This document shows positions 12,672 through 23,800 of a DNA stretch of 64,000 nucleotides, piece by piece (positions within the stretch are counted from its first letter, which is position 1; each line of letters opens with the position of its first letter). The stretch is from Eledone cirrhosa (Eukaryota), in contig OZ024742.1 of assembly GCA_964016885.1 (NCBI GenBank), forward strand, positions 292,392,001 through 292,456,000. The letters run 5' to 3'. The notes beneath the pieces were generated by a model. That model made no database searches. It worked only from the letters and a program-made list of their open reading frames with translations, and was not told the origin of the DNA. The translations under genes were made by a program, and so were the position numbers.

Positions 12672-15600
12672 ATGGCTGTGCTAAGAGTAGGGTGTCTAAA
12701 TGCGCGTGGCCTGGGCTCGTCTTGGAAGCAAGCAATGCTTCTAAATGACCTCAGGTCACAATCTATAAATGTGATGGTTATCTGCGAGGCCCGGATCAGC
12801 AGCATGCGACAGCTAGCCCCCACCTTTGACGACTTTGAGATGCACGCATCTCTCTGTCAGCCCGGAGGTGGGGGTGGGGTTGTCGTTCTGCTGCAAAAAC
12901 ATATGGGCCTTGCAACACAGATAGTTCACTTGGACCCAGGGGGTCGACTGCTGGTGCTGGACCTTGGCAGTGGTGAAGGTAGAGCCTTTAGGCTGATAGC
13001 CGCATATGCCCCTTTTGGGACAGAGCGGCCCGACTTTTTCCAGCATCTGGAGTCTTTTCTAGGGACGTCCCGTTCCCTGCTTTTAGTGGGGGATTGGAAT
13101 GGTATCCTGGATGCACGTTGGGACTATGCAGGGGCATGTCCCGATAGAGAGGGGTGCAACAGCCTCAAGGGGTTACTCGGCCGATTTGACCTGGCCGATA
13201 GATTTCGACCAGATTTTCCGACGGTGCCAACCTGGTCTTGGTCAAATCGCAGCGGATCATCTAGATCGTACCTAGATAGATTTTTAGTTAGAAATAAGGA
13301 CAGGGACTTTTTAAGTTGTCCAGAAATGCTCATGGTTGGCTATTCAGACCACAAGTTGGTGACCTGCATGGTCAACCTTGATAGAACGCATAGACAGGGC
13401 CCCGGTTACTGGAAGCTCAACTTGTCCTTGCCGGCAAGTAGAGCCTACAGGAATCGGATTAGTACGTTAGTTAAGGAACGGTTGACTGGAGCGATCGTCA
13501 ACAGCAGGTGGTGGGTATCTCTAAAGAGAGAGATTAGAGTAGTCTCGATTGAATTTAGTAAGGTTCTAGCTGCGGATAGGAATAGGAAGGAAAGGGAGCT
13601 AATAGATAGAGTAGAAGAGGCAATTAGAAGCGGCGACGTGGCCAGAGTGCTAGCATCGAGAACGGCTTTGAGCCAGTTTTTCGACGCGAAGCACGAAGGC
13701 TGCGTTGTCCGAAGTAAAATACGTGCTCTAGGGAACGAGGGGGCCAAAGCTGTTAGCTGGGCCCGCGTGACAGAGGCCAACAGTGGAACTAAATCCACCA
13801 TCCGGTCTTTGCGAGACCTGGATGGACGGGCGATTCTTGAGCCTAAGCAGATGTGTGAGGCCTTTCAAAGGCACTTTGCCCGACTGTTCGGGAGGGGCGG
13901 GGAGCCGGTTGGGAACGTGGACTTCGGTCCATACCTCGACGGCCTGCCGCGCCTCTCGGACAGGGAGGCGAAGTCCTGCGAGGAGCCGATTTCGGCCGCT
14001 GAGATAGAGGACGTGCTGAGCCAATGCGGCAAACGCAAATCCCCGGGTCTCGATGGTCTTCCTTACGAATTATATCTAGCTATGCCGGACTTGTTCCCCG
14101 ATCTCCTCGAGGCGGTCTACTGCAACTGGCAACAGAACGGGAGAATTCCCTGTACTGTGACCAAGGGCGTAGTCACGCTAGTGAGGAAGGACGAGAACAA
14201 GGGGGACGAAATAAGTAACTTCAGGCCCATAACTCTGCTAAATACAGAGTTACAGATTTTGGCCAAGGTGCTAGCAAAGAGGTTGGCGCTTGTCGTGGGC
14301 AACCTGGTGGGAGATGCGCAGACATGCGCTATCCCGTCCAGGTCCATCCATGACAACCTCCACCTCATGCGATACATCATAGAGAGGGTTGGGAACGAAC
14401 CCGGCTTTGGTGGGGCTCTGATCAACTTGGATCAATCTAAGGCGTTCGATAGGGTCGACCATGGTTACCTGGATGCGGTGCTAGCGGCGGCAGGCTTCGG
14501 ACCCGTTTTCAGGGGCTGGATCACTGCTATGCACAGCAGCCGCATCTGCTCTAGGGTCAAGGTGAACGGCTACCTCTCGGAGCCGTTCAAAATCGCGCGG
14601 TCCATCCGACAAGGGTGCCCTCTCTCCTCCCTTCTGTATGTGTTGACTCTCAAGCCACTACTGCGAAAGTTGGAGTTGTTGCAGGGCATCCCTTTGGAAC
14701 CGGGATTGCGGAAAGCGGTGTCAGCCTACGCCGATGATGTGACAGTAATGGTGTCGACGGCCTCCGAAACTGAGGCGGTCGGCACCTTACTGGAGGAGTA
14801 CGAAAAGTTCACAGGGGCTAAGCTGAACCAGGACAAGTCGATCGGTTTGCAACTCGGCACGTGGAGGGGCAGACCGATGCCCTCTGATGGCGTCGTCGGA
14901 CGCTGGACGGAGGGCCCGGTGAAGTTGCTCGGGGTCTGGTTCGGACCGGACCTCCAGGTGGAGAAAAACTGGGCGGAGGTTACGAACAGGGTGTTTGCAC
15001 TGACCCAGAAGTGGGCCAGTTGCAAACTATCCCTGAAAGGTCGGGCGGAGGTGGCGAACACTTATATAGCGTCCGTCATCTACTACCGCCTGACCGTAGT
15101 GCCCTGCCCAAGGGAAACCCTCACCAAGATGGAGCGCGCGCTCTTCCAATTCCTTTGGAAGAGGCGGGCTCCTATGGTGAGGAGATTCATCTGCTGTCAA
15201 CACCCTTCGAAAGGAGGGCTGGGGATGCCGTGGCTAATGATGCGTAAACACGCATTAAGGCTACGGCACCTCTACGTATTCCTCACCGGACAACCGGTGT
15301 GGGCCTCGTTTGTGAGACGAACCTTTCCCAGACTCGTCTCACTCACCGAGCTGCAATCCTGGGTCAAGCAAAGACCGAGAAAACTGGGCGCCTGGCACAC
15401 TGAGTGTGCCCAGGCGCTCACCGCCCTCTGGCAGGCGGATCCGGTTATCAGTGGAGACTCCACCGCAACATTCTATAGAGGGCTGGTACGCAGCAGGTGC
15501 GACGACGCCCTCGGAGAAGCCCTAGACATGGAGGAGGACGAACTGGCCAGCCTGTTCGGTAGGACATTCAGCCCGGGACCTATGGACAACTTCCAGAAGT

Positions 15601-16109
15601 CCCTGGCCTGGCAGTGCTACCGAGGGGCTTTACCCGTTCGAGAAAGGCTCTACAGACACGGGCGCCCGGGTAGGGACCCCGCCAAAAAGATCTGTCCCAG
15701 ATGCGTGTGCGACGAGGAAACCGTTGCACACGCATTGGTACACTGCTCGGGCGTAGCCGATCTGTGGGGCTATGTCAAACAACTGCTGTCAAGGGTGGGA
15801 CCGATCCGGTTGACCACCGAGTCTATTGTAATGATCAAGCCGCCTCCCCCCTTCAAAGATGAAGCAGAGGCGGTGTTTCTGTGCGTAATAGCCATGGCGA
15901 AAGAGGTTGTATGGTGGACGCGTCTGAAAGGACTGAGGTCAGGCACCTTTCTCTCTGGCCAACAACTGGTCCGTTTCTTCCGATATCATTTCGGAAGAAG
16001 GATCAGGATGGAGAGAGAGGTGCTGCACCCCAGTCGTTTTTATGAAAGGTGGGTGAAAGTGGCGAGAATGGCCCGTGTGAATGGGCCTTCTCTTTACATA
16101 AGCCTGTAG
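12672..16109 (+). CDS. Tx1 ORF2: APE endonuclease, reverse transcriptase, C-terminal zinc finger; uninterrupted
   Basis: APE motifs LNARGL, GDWN, YLDRF, SDHK. RT motifs SPGLDG, RPITLLN, QGCPLS, YADD. CPRC..ETVAHALVHC finger. Confidence 0.95.
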   Translation: MAVLRVGCLNARGLGSSWKQAMLLNDLRSQSINVMVICEARISSMRQLAPTFDDFEMHASLCQPGGGGGVVVLLQKHMGLATQIVHLDPGGRLLVLDLGSGEGRAFRLIAAYAPFGTERPDFFQHLESFLGTSRSLLLVGDWNGILDARWDYAGACPDREGCNSLKGLLGRFDLADRFRPDFPTVPTWSWSNRSGSSRSYLDRFLVRNKDRDFLSCPEMLMVGYSDHKLVTCMVNLDRTHRQGPGYWKLNLSLPASRAYRNRISTLVKERLTGAIVNSRWWVSLKREIRVVSIEFSKVLAADRNRKERELIDRVEEAIRSGDVARVLASRTALSQFFDAKHEGCVVRSKIRALGNEGAKAVSWARVTEANSGTKSTIRSLRDLDGRAILEPKQMCEAFQRHFARLFGRGGEPVGNVDFGPYLDGLPRLSDREAKSCEEPISAAEIEDVLSQCGKRKSPGLDGLPYELYLAMPDLFPDLLEAVYCNWQQNGRIPCTVTKGVVTLVRKDENKGDEISNFRPITLLNTELQILAKVLAKRLALVVGNLVGDAQTCAIPSRSIHDNLHLMRYIIERVGNEPGFGGALINLDQSKAFDRVDHGYLDAVLAAAGFGPVFRGWITAMHSSRICSRVKVNGYLSEPFKIARSIRQGCPLSSLLYVLTLKPLLRKLELLQGIPLEPGLRKAVSAYADDVTVMVSTASETEAVGTLLEEYEKFTGAKLNQDKSIGLQLGTWRGRPMPSDGVVGRWTEGPVKLLGVWFGPDLQVEKNWAEVTNRVFALTQKWASCKLSLKGRAEVANTYIASVIYYRLTVVPCPRETLTKMERALFQFLWKRRAPMVRRFICCQHPSKGGLGMPWLMMRKHALRLRHLYVFLTGQPVWASFVRRTFPRLVSLTELQSWVKQRPRKLGAWHTECAQALTALWQADPVISGDSTATFYRGLVRSRCDDALGEALDMEEDELASLFGRTFSPGPMDNFQKSLAWQCYRGALPVRERLYRHGRPGRDPAKKICPRCVCDEETVAHALVHCSGVADLWGYVKQLLSRVGPIRLTTESIVMIKPPPPFKDEAEAVFLCVIAMAKEVVWWTRLKGLRSGTFLSGQQLVRFFRYHFGRRIRMEREVLHPSRFYERWVKVARMARVNGPSLYISL

Positions 16110-16421
16110 GTGGAAAAGAGGAAGGAACGAGGGAGCACCCCCTCTCTGTGCTCCTGAGGAAAAGGGTTGCACACTTTTTTCGGGGGTGTGTGCGACCCCC
16201 CAAGGCGCCTCCTCTCTATTGAGGATTTTGTTAAAAATTTTATTTTTTGTTATATCTTATTTTATTTTTATATTTTGTTATTGCCTCCTCCTTATTGAGG
16301 ACGCCTTTTTGTGTAAACTCCCCCCTTTGTACTTGTCCCACTTTTGATGCCCTAGTGGCAAATAAAAGAAACTTATCTATCTATTTGTCTCTTTGTTTCT
16401 CTATCTATGTCTGTTTCTCAT

Positions 16422-16461
<40 letters not shown>

Positions 16462-16534
16462 CCATTGAGTGCTTGGCATCTGTTATATATAAGAATGAGT
16501 TGATCACAAATTAACTAACTCTTTTTTCCTTAAA

Positions 16535-16583
<49 letters not shown>

Positions 16584-17797
16584 TCTCTGTCTATCTATTT
16601 ATCTGTAGTTTGTCTGCCTGTCTCTCTATCTATCCAACCAACTGTCCATCCCTCCCTCTGTCTATCCATCCATCACTTTGTTGTTCATCTAGTCATCCAT
16701 CTGTTTGTCTGTCCGGTCATCCATCCATCTGTTTGTCTGTCCGGTCATCCATCCATCTGTTGATCCATTCATCCATTTGTCCGTCCATCTATCTATCTGT
16801 CTAGCTAGCTATGTTGAAGCTTATGGGAAAATTACAAACTGATTTCCAATTCTCATCTATCATTAGTAATATTTTTCTCAACTCAATATTCCTGCCAACT
16901 ATTTACATCTCAACTGAATCATTCCTTTTATGGAGTAACACATTTAAGTAATCATGCAGCAGGCAATAAAAACCCTTTTATTTCAACCAGTCTCTCCATG
17001 GATCTAAAATTGAAATTGCTTCACACATTACAATAAACATCTTATTGGGATAGCTATTGCCTTTATTCTTTTTAATACTTCCCTTCTGTGGCCCTTATCT
17101 ACATATTGCCTTCTTTTTTTAATACTTTCCTTCCAGCAGTTCCAATCTACATATTGCCATGTTTTTAATAAATTCCCTACTGCAGTCCCAATTTGCACAT
17201 TTTTGTCTCACAATGTTGCAGCAATATATAAATAAAAATATAATTATGTATCCAAACATGGAGATACAATTAAAGTTAACATTATATCTAGCTACAGTTG
17301 TATTATAATAAACCAAAATTGACTCTTTCTTTAACACTGAACTCAGTTATTAACCCTTTTGATACCAGCCTTCCAAAAATTGGATCTCATTCTATGAAAC
17401 ATTTTAAAGGGTTCCTATTTAAATCAAAATCTTCCAATATAAGAACTATATGTTAAGAAAATGTTTTGTTAGTTAATTGAAGTAGAGTGTATTTCATTAG
17501 AAGTGTTTGGATGAAAAGATTAACTTTTCCAGAATTTACTGGTCTCTCCTAGGCTTCTTCAAATGTGAGAACCCATAATAGCTTTTCTTGGTGCTGGTAG
17601 CTATTTAAGAGTGGGTGTCTGTATAAATCCCAACTATCATAGTATTCCTGTGATGAGTAGATACCTCAGCTTAGACACTGAAGATATGATGACGGAAGAA
17701 TCTCAGAGAAATCTTATGCTTAACAGGATATGTGGTATATTAATCATCCTACCTGATATAGTGACTGACTTCAGAAGAAACATGAGACACTGCTTAA

Positions 17798-18026
17798 CCC
17801 TTTAGCCTTTAAACCAGCCGTACCCAGCCAGAATTCTCTCACCTCTTTCTGTTCAAACTGGCTGACCGGCTGTAACTGGCCACTTATACTGATGTTAAGG
17901 TATTGCACTCAAAATAAATAATATAAACATTTCATAGATTCAATATAATGTGAGATAATTATGTGAGGTAAAGCCTTTACCATGAAAATACATAAATATA
18001 TATAGAGTAATGTAAATGATAAAGGG
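17798..18026. mobile_element. piggyBac-like MITE
   Basis: TTAA|CCCTTTAGCCTTT ... AAATGATAAAGGG|CTAA. Related TTAACCC ends at ~9340 and ~17350. Confidence 0.55.
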
Positions 18027-18700
18027 CTAACACAAGTTAACTCATCAACATGCTATATTAGTAAGGATGGCAAATTTAGTTTTCTAGTTTTGTATTTCTA
18101 AATGTATTTTCTTTTGTAAAACATTTGTAAATGATGGTGATGTAAAGTTTAAAAACAAGTTAGGGTTTAATTACTATATATGATGATGATCATCATCATC
18201 ATCATTTTTAACATGCTGGCATGGGTTGTACAGGATGTTCTGAGACAATGTTATACTGCTGGATAACCTTCCTGACACCAACCCTTTTTATTACCACTTA
18301 TAACAAACATAAAAGTTGGTGTACCTATTCTAAAAACCATGATATATATATATATGAGAGTGTTATAGTTTGCTTGAAGCATTGTAGAATATAAAAAATG
18401 GGTATGTTTAGGAAGCCTCTAGAATATAGATGCAGTTGTAAATAATGTGGTAACAAAGTTTGATGAGCAAAGTAAGAATGAACAGAAGAAAGAGAAGAAA
18501 AAATGATATGATATTGATTTCATGTGTGTGTGTGTCAGTGGCATCTAATATATAAACATACACAGATAAACACACATACATGCAAGCAGGGAAAAGCGGA
18601 CGTAAAATGATGATGATGATGATGATATTGCTAGCAGGGAAAGTGGATGTTAAACAATGATATATATATATATTACTGTGAACTGCGGAATTCCAATCTT

Positions 18701-18733
<33 letters not shown>

Positions 18734-19409
18734 TACATATATACATATATGTACATTTTTTCAGTAGTTTTGAGAAATGAAGTCTTGATTCAAAAATATT
18801 TTAATAAAAACAAAATACAACAAATTCTATTAATAAAGAAAAAATATATCAAAATTTTATTTCAATGTACAAAAATAACTTTTTAGATAATACATATAAG
18901 AAAATAATTCCCAGATTTCTGACTTAAACAAATCTCTGTTAAGCCTCATGAATGAAACACAAAAATACATAATATTCCAATAAATGTAGATAGATGCATG
19001 TATCCAGTTTAGAATAAGTACCACTGTTTCCATCTACTCAATTTCACTCAATTTGAGGCTATGCTAAAGACGTTTGCTTAGTATATCATATAGATTGTAT
19101 CATTGCCCTTGTGATTGCAAAGTAAACTTCTTAGCCACTTAACTATGTCTTGTTGCCTCTTACAACACACAGATATGGTGTGCCAGTTCTAAAAGCCATG
19201 ATCCCCATATATTTTTATTAAGAGGCTAAAATATTTTCCTTTCCTTTGATTCTCTGCATGTTGTGAGATGTCACAAAAAGGTTTGGTCCCAGGAAGGCAT
19301 CTAACTGTAAAACTATAGAAAGGGAATCCATAATACATATGAAGCTTGTCATGGGTTCAGTAAGACTAAATCCTGCTTTAGTAGAGAAAAAGGCCTTAAA
19401 ACATTGAGT

Positions 19410-19725
19410 GTCATCATCATCATCGTTGATTAACATCTATCTTCCACGCTAGCATGGGTTAGACGGGTTTGTCCCAATTTGAGGCAAGTTGAGTCGGGTG
19501 ACATTGTCTCACTCATATAGGAGAGTTTCTACTGGTTTTCGATGGCTGGATGCCCTTCCTAACGCCCACTACATTGACAGTGTCTGCTGGGTGCTTTTTG
19601 CCATGTCTTTTAAACATCCACTTTACAGTGTGAGCTGGGTGTTTTGGGGCTGGTTTTCTATGGCTGGATGCCCTTCCTAATGCCAACCACATTTACAGTG
19701 TGTGCTGGGTACTTTTTGTCGTGTA
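19410..19725 (-). mobile_element. RTE 3'-UTR-related short repeat
   Basis: (CAT)n-CG..TAACATCTATCTTCCACGCTAGCATGGGTTAGA end and two copies of GGCTGGATGCCCTTCCTAA. Confidence 0.65.
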
Positions 19726-20818
19726 ATCTAAGATACTTTTTTCCAAATTATTAAAAAATAAGGAAGCATCCATGAGCTCTGCAGGGCCTCTGACACTATC
19801 GTGGGATTTCTAGTAGGGGGGAATGTATCAAGATATCAAGTTACTATCAGATTAGAAACCTTATTGAAATTTTTATTAAGTAGTGGTGTTAAACCTGGTG
19901 ATGTATTAAGTCTACCATCCAAGATGAGGCACACTCAATTCAATAGATTTCTGTTCAGTTTTGTTTTATCAAATTTCATTCACAAGGTTTATGTCAACCC
20001 AAAGCTATAGTAGAAGACATTTGTCCAAGGTGCCACATTCTAATGTCAAATCTGGGACATTTTGATTGCAAAGTAAACTTCTTAGCCACAAATTGAACTC
20101 TTTTGAAACTAATCAGCCTGCAACGATGGTGATGACGATGATGATGATATCTCATTTTAAAGTGTTCACATTTAAATCTAAGCCTTCTATCACAATCATA
20201 GAACCATAATTCACTCAAAAACATTCCATTTTTGGCAGGATTTCTACAACTGGAGGCTCTTCCTGACACCAAATACTTTAGTGTATACACCGGGTGCATT
20301 TTTATATGGTACCAGCACTACAACTTTCCAGCGTGTACTGGGTGCATTTTATCATGGCATTACCATAGAGAGGCTGTCTTGTCCTAAGCATGACTAAATG
20401 GGTCATCTCAACCTTGTCCCCTTTTGATTGTTGACCACTTTATAGAGTGTACTGGGTGCATTTTATCATAGAAAATTAATAATCTAATCTAGAAATATAA
20501 ATACAGTGAGAAAAATCGATATTAATCAATGAAAAGTATTTTCTGGCAAATGGAATAGATATCTCTAGGCATATGTTGGTTTTATTCTGACCTCATTTGC
20601 AAAGCTGTCACTAAACTTTCTGAGGTGATGAATAATTCACTAAATAAATATATAAAGTAGTACATATGTTGGCACAGGGATGAATGAAATAGTTTGGAGA
20701 TTAACTAATTCTGAAGTTCTATCTGCATTAAAAAATAATAGTTAAGTTTAGTATTGGCATATTTAATGTTGGGAGCACTAAATGGGTTGACTATAAATAA
20801 TTGTATGGTGAGACAAAT

Positions 20819-20864
<46 letters not shown>

Positions 20865-20892
20865 AGATAGATAGATAGGTAGATTGATAGAT

Positions 20893-23800
20893 ATATTTCT
20901 CTATTTACCACAAGGGTGCACAAGAAAAAGGGACAAAACAAGGACATATGCCAGGGATTTTGCATCCAATCGTGTAAAAAAAATGTTTAACAAACAAATT
21001 CAACAATCGAAATCCCCAATAGGGGGGAGGCGTTACAAATATGTTGTTTTATACCCCGTAGCTAGAACAACTCTCAACTCCAGGAGCATGTTGTGCAAGT
21101 CTTCCTTTCTTCCTTTCTTCCTTTCTTCAGCCTACAGGTTTATATACAGAGAAGGCCCAATTACTCGGGCCATTTTTACCACATTCACCCACCTTTCAGT
21201 AAATTTACTGGGGTGCAGTACCTCTCTCTCTACTCTGATTCTCTTTCTAAAGTGGTATCTAAAGAAGGGAATGAGTTGTTGTCCGGAGAGAAAGGCATCT
21301 GTCCTCAGTCCTCTCAATCTTGTCCACCATATAACCTCTTTTACCATAGCCACTATACAGAGGAAAACCGCCTCTCTTTCATCTTTGAACGAAGGTGGTA
21401 GTTTGATCCTTACTATGGACTCGGCAATCAACTGGATTTATCCCATACGCGACAGCAGTTGTTCTGTGTATTTCCACAGGTCAGTTGTGCCCGGGCAGTG
21501 TACAATTGCGTGCAGGACAGTTTCAATGTCCTGCTCGCATCTTGGACACATCCTCTTGGAAGGATCCTGCCGGGACGCCTGTGCCTGTAGATCTTATCTC
21601 GTACTGGTAGAGCTCCTCAGTAGCACTGCCAGGCCAGGGACCTCTGGAAGTTGTCCATAGCTCCCGGGCGGAAAGTCCTACAGAACAGACTGGTGAGCTC
21701 ATCGTCTTCAATGCTCAGAGTCTCTCTGAGCACGTCGTCGCACTTGTAACGTATTATCCCTCTATAAAATGTCAAAGTGGAGTCACCACTGATTGCTGTG
21801 CCCGCTTGACAGAGGACTGTGAGTGTCTGAGCGCATTCAATGTGCCAGGCGCCTATTTTCTTCGGTCACCACTTGACCCAGGACTGCAGCTCTGTCAACG
21901 AGAGAAGTTGCGGGAAGGCTTGTCTCACAAACGGGGCCCATACTAGTTGGTTGGTGAGGAATACCTGGAAAGCCATAGCCTCAGCACGTGTTTGCGCATC
22001 ATCAGCCACGGCAATCTCAGCTCTCCGTTGGAAGGATGCTGGCAGCAGATGGATATCCTCACCAGTGGAGCCTGCTTCTTCCAAAGGAATTGGAAGAACA
22101 TGCGTTCCATCTTGGTGAGGTATTCATGGGGACAAGGCATGATGGTCAAGCGGTAGTAGATGACGGATGCTATGAAAGTGTTTGCCACCTCTGCTTCCCT
22201 TTCAAGGATAGTTTGCACTCTGCCCACTTCTTGGTGAGCGCAAATACCTTGGCCGTGACCTCGTTCCAGTTTTTCTCCCCCTGGAGGTCCGGACCGAAAC
22301 AGACCTCGAGCAATTTCACCGGTCCTTCCATCTAGCGTGCGACGATGCTGTCGGACGGCATCAGTTTGCCTCTACATGTTCCGAGTTGCAAACCGACAGA
22401 TTTGTCCGGGTTGAGTTTTGCTCCTGTGAGCCTTTTGTATTCCTGCAGTAAGTTGCCGATCGCCTCGATTTCCGAGGTTTCCGACACCATTACTGTCCCG
22501 TCGTCAGCATAAGCCAACGCCGCTTTCTGCAATCTCTGTTCCAACGGTATGCCCTGCAAAAGCTCCAACTTCCGCAGTAGTGGCTCTAGAGTCAATACAT
22601 ACAGAATGGAGGAGAGAAGGCATCCCTGTTGCATGGAATGCGTGATTGGGAACGTCTCCGATAGGTAGCCATTCACCTTGACTGTCCAACAGATGTTGGT
22701 GTACATGGCTGTGATCCAGCCTCTGAAGGCAGGTCTGAAACCAGCCGCCTTGAGAACTGCTTCCAAGTATCGATGGTCGACCCTATCATATGCCTTAGAC
22801 TGATCTAAATTGATCAGAACCCCACCGAAGCCGGATTTACACCCCACCCTCTCTATGATGTATCGCATGAGGTGGAGGTTGTCATATATGGACCTGGTTG
22901 GAATTGCACACGTTTGAGCTTTTCCCACCAGGTTCTCGACGACAAGTGCCAGCCTCGTTGCTAACAACTTGGCCAAAATCTTTAACTCTGTATTTAGGAG
23001 AGTTATGGGCCTGAAGTTATTTATTTCATCCCCCTTGTTCTCATCTTTCCTGATCAGCGTTACTACGCCCCTGCCTATAGAACTGGGATTTCTTCCGTTC
23101 TGCTGCCAGTTGCAGTAGACGGCTTCAAGGACACCAGAGAATAAGTCCGGCATGCCTATGTAAAATTCATAGGGTAGACCAGAGCAGTAGACTAGAGCAG
23201 CCCGTATCTCAGTGGCTGTGAACGGTCTTTCGCAGAACTCGGTGTCCATCCTCGAAAGACGCAGCAGGCCGTCGAGGTATGAACCAAAGTCCATTGCCTC
23301 ATTCAGCGCACCGCTCTCCTCGAACAGTTGCGCAAAAGTGCCGCCGAAAGGCCATGCACATCTGCTTAGAATTAAGTAGTACGCGTCCGTTTTGGTCTTT
23401 CAAAGACCAAATCATGGTCTTGTCACTTTTCGCCTCTGCCACTCGGGCCAGCCAACAGCTTTTGCTCCCTCGTTTCCTAGAGCACGTGATCTACTCCTGA
23501 CAACGCAGCCTTTGTGTTTCGCATTGAAGAACTGGTCCAGTGCTGTCCTCTTTGCTAGCACTCTAGCTGTGTTGCCACTCCTAAGCACCTCCTCTACCTT
23601 GGCTACTAGTTCTTTTTCTGTTTTATTTTTCTCTAAGGCTAATTCTTTGCTAAAAGCTATGGACTCTACTCTAATTGCTGTCTTGAGACAGTACCACCAC
23701 CTATTGTTGACGATGGCTCCTGTCAACTGGTGCTTAACTAAACTACTTATCTGTCTACTGTAGGCTTTACACGTTGGTAATGACATGTTCAGCTTCCAGT

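Larger units (their letters stand above)
10586..16372 (+). mobile_element. Apparently full-length L1/Tx1-clade LINE (copy 1)
   Basis: 5' UTR, ORF1, ORF2, T-rich 3' UTR with AATAAA at 16361. (TATC)n on both flanks. Clearly more GC/CpG-rich than the flanks. Confidence 0.92.

Noticed and set aside
16325-16366. 3' UTR acceptor (CCCTAG) pairing with the ORF1-end donor to give an ORF1-only mRNA
   Set aside because: The AG reads TG in copy 2 (~20911) and in the related 3' fragment at ~50510, so it is not conserved.
20884-21660. 258-aa plus-strand ORF
   Set aside because: It is the antisense shadow of Tx1 copy 2 ORF2.
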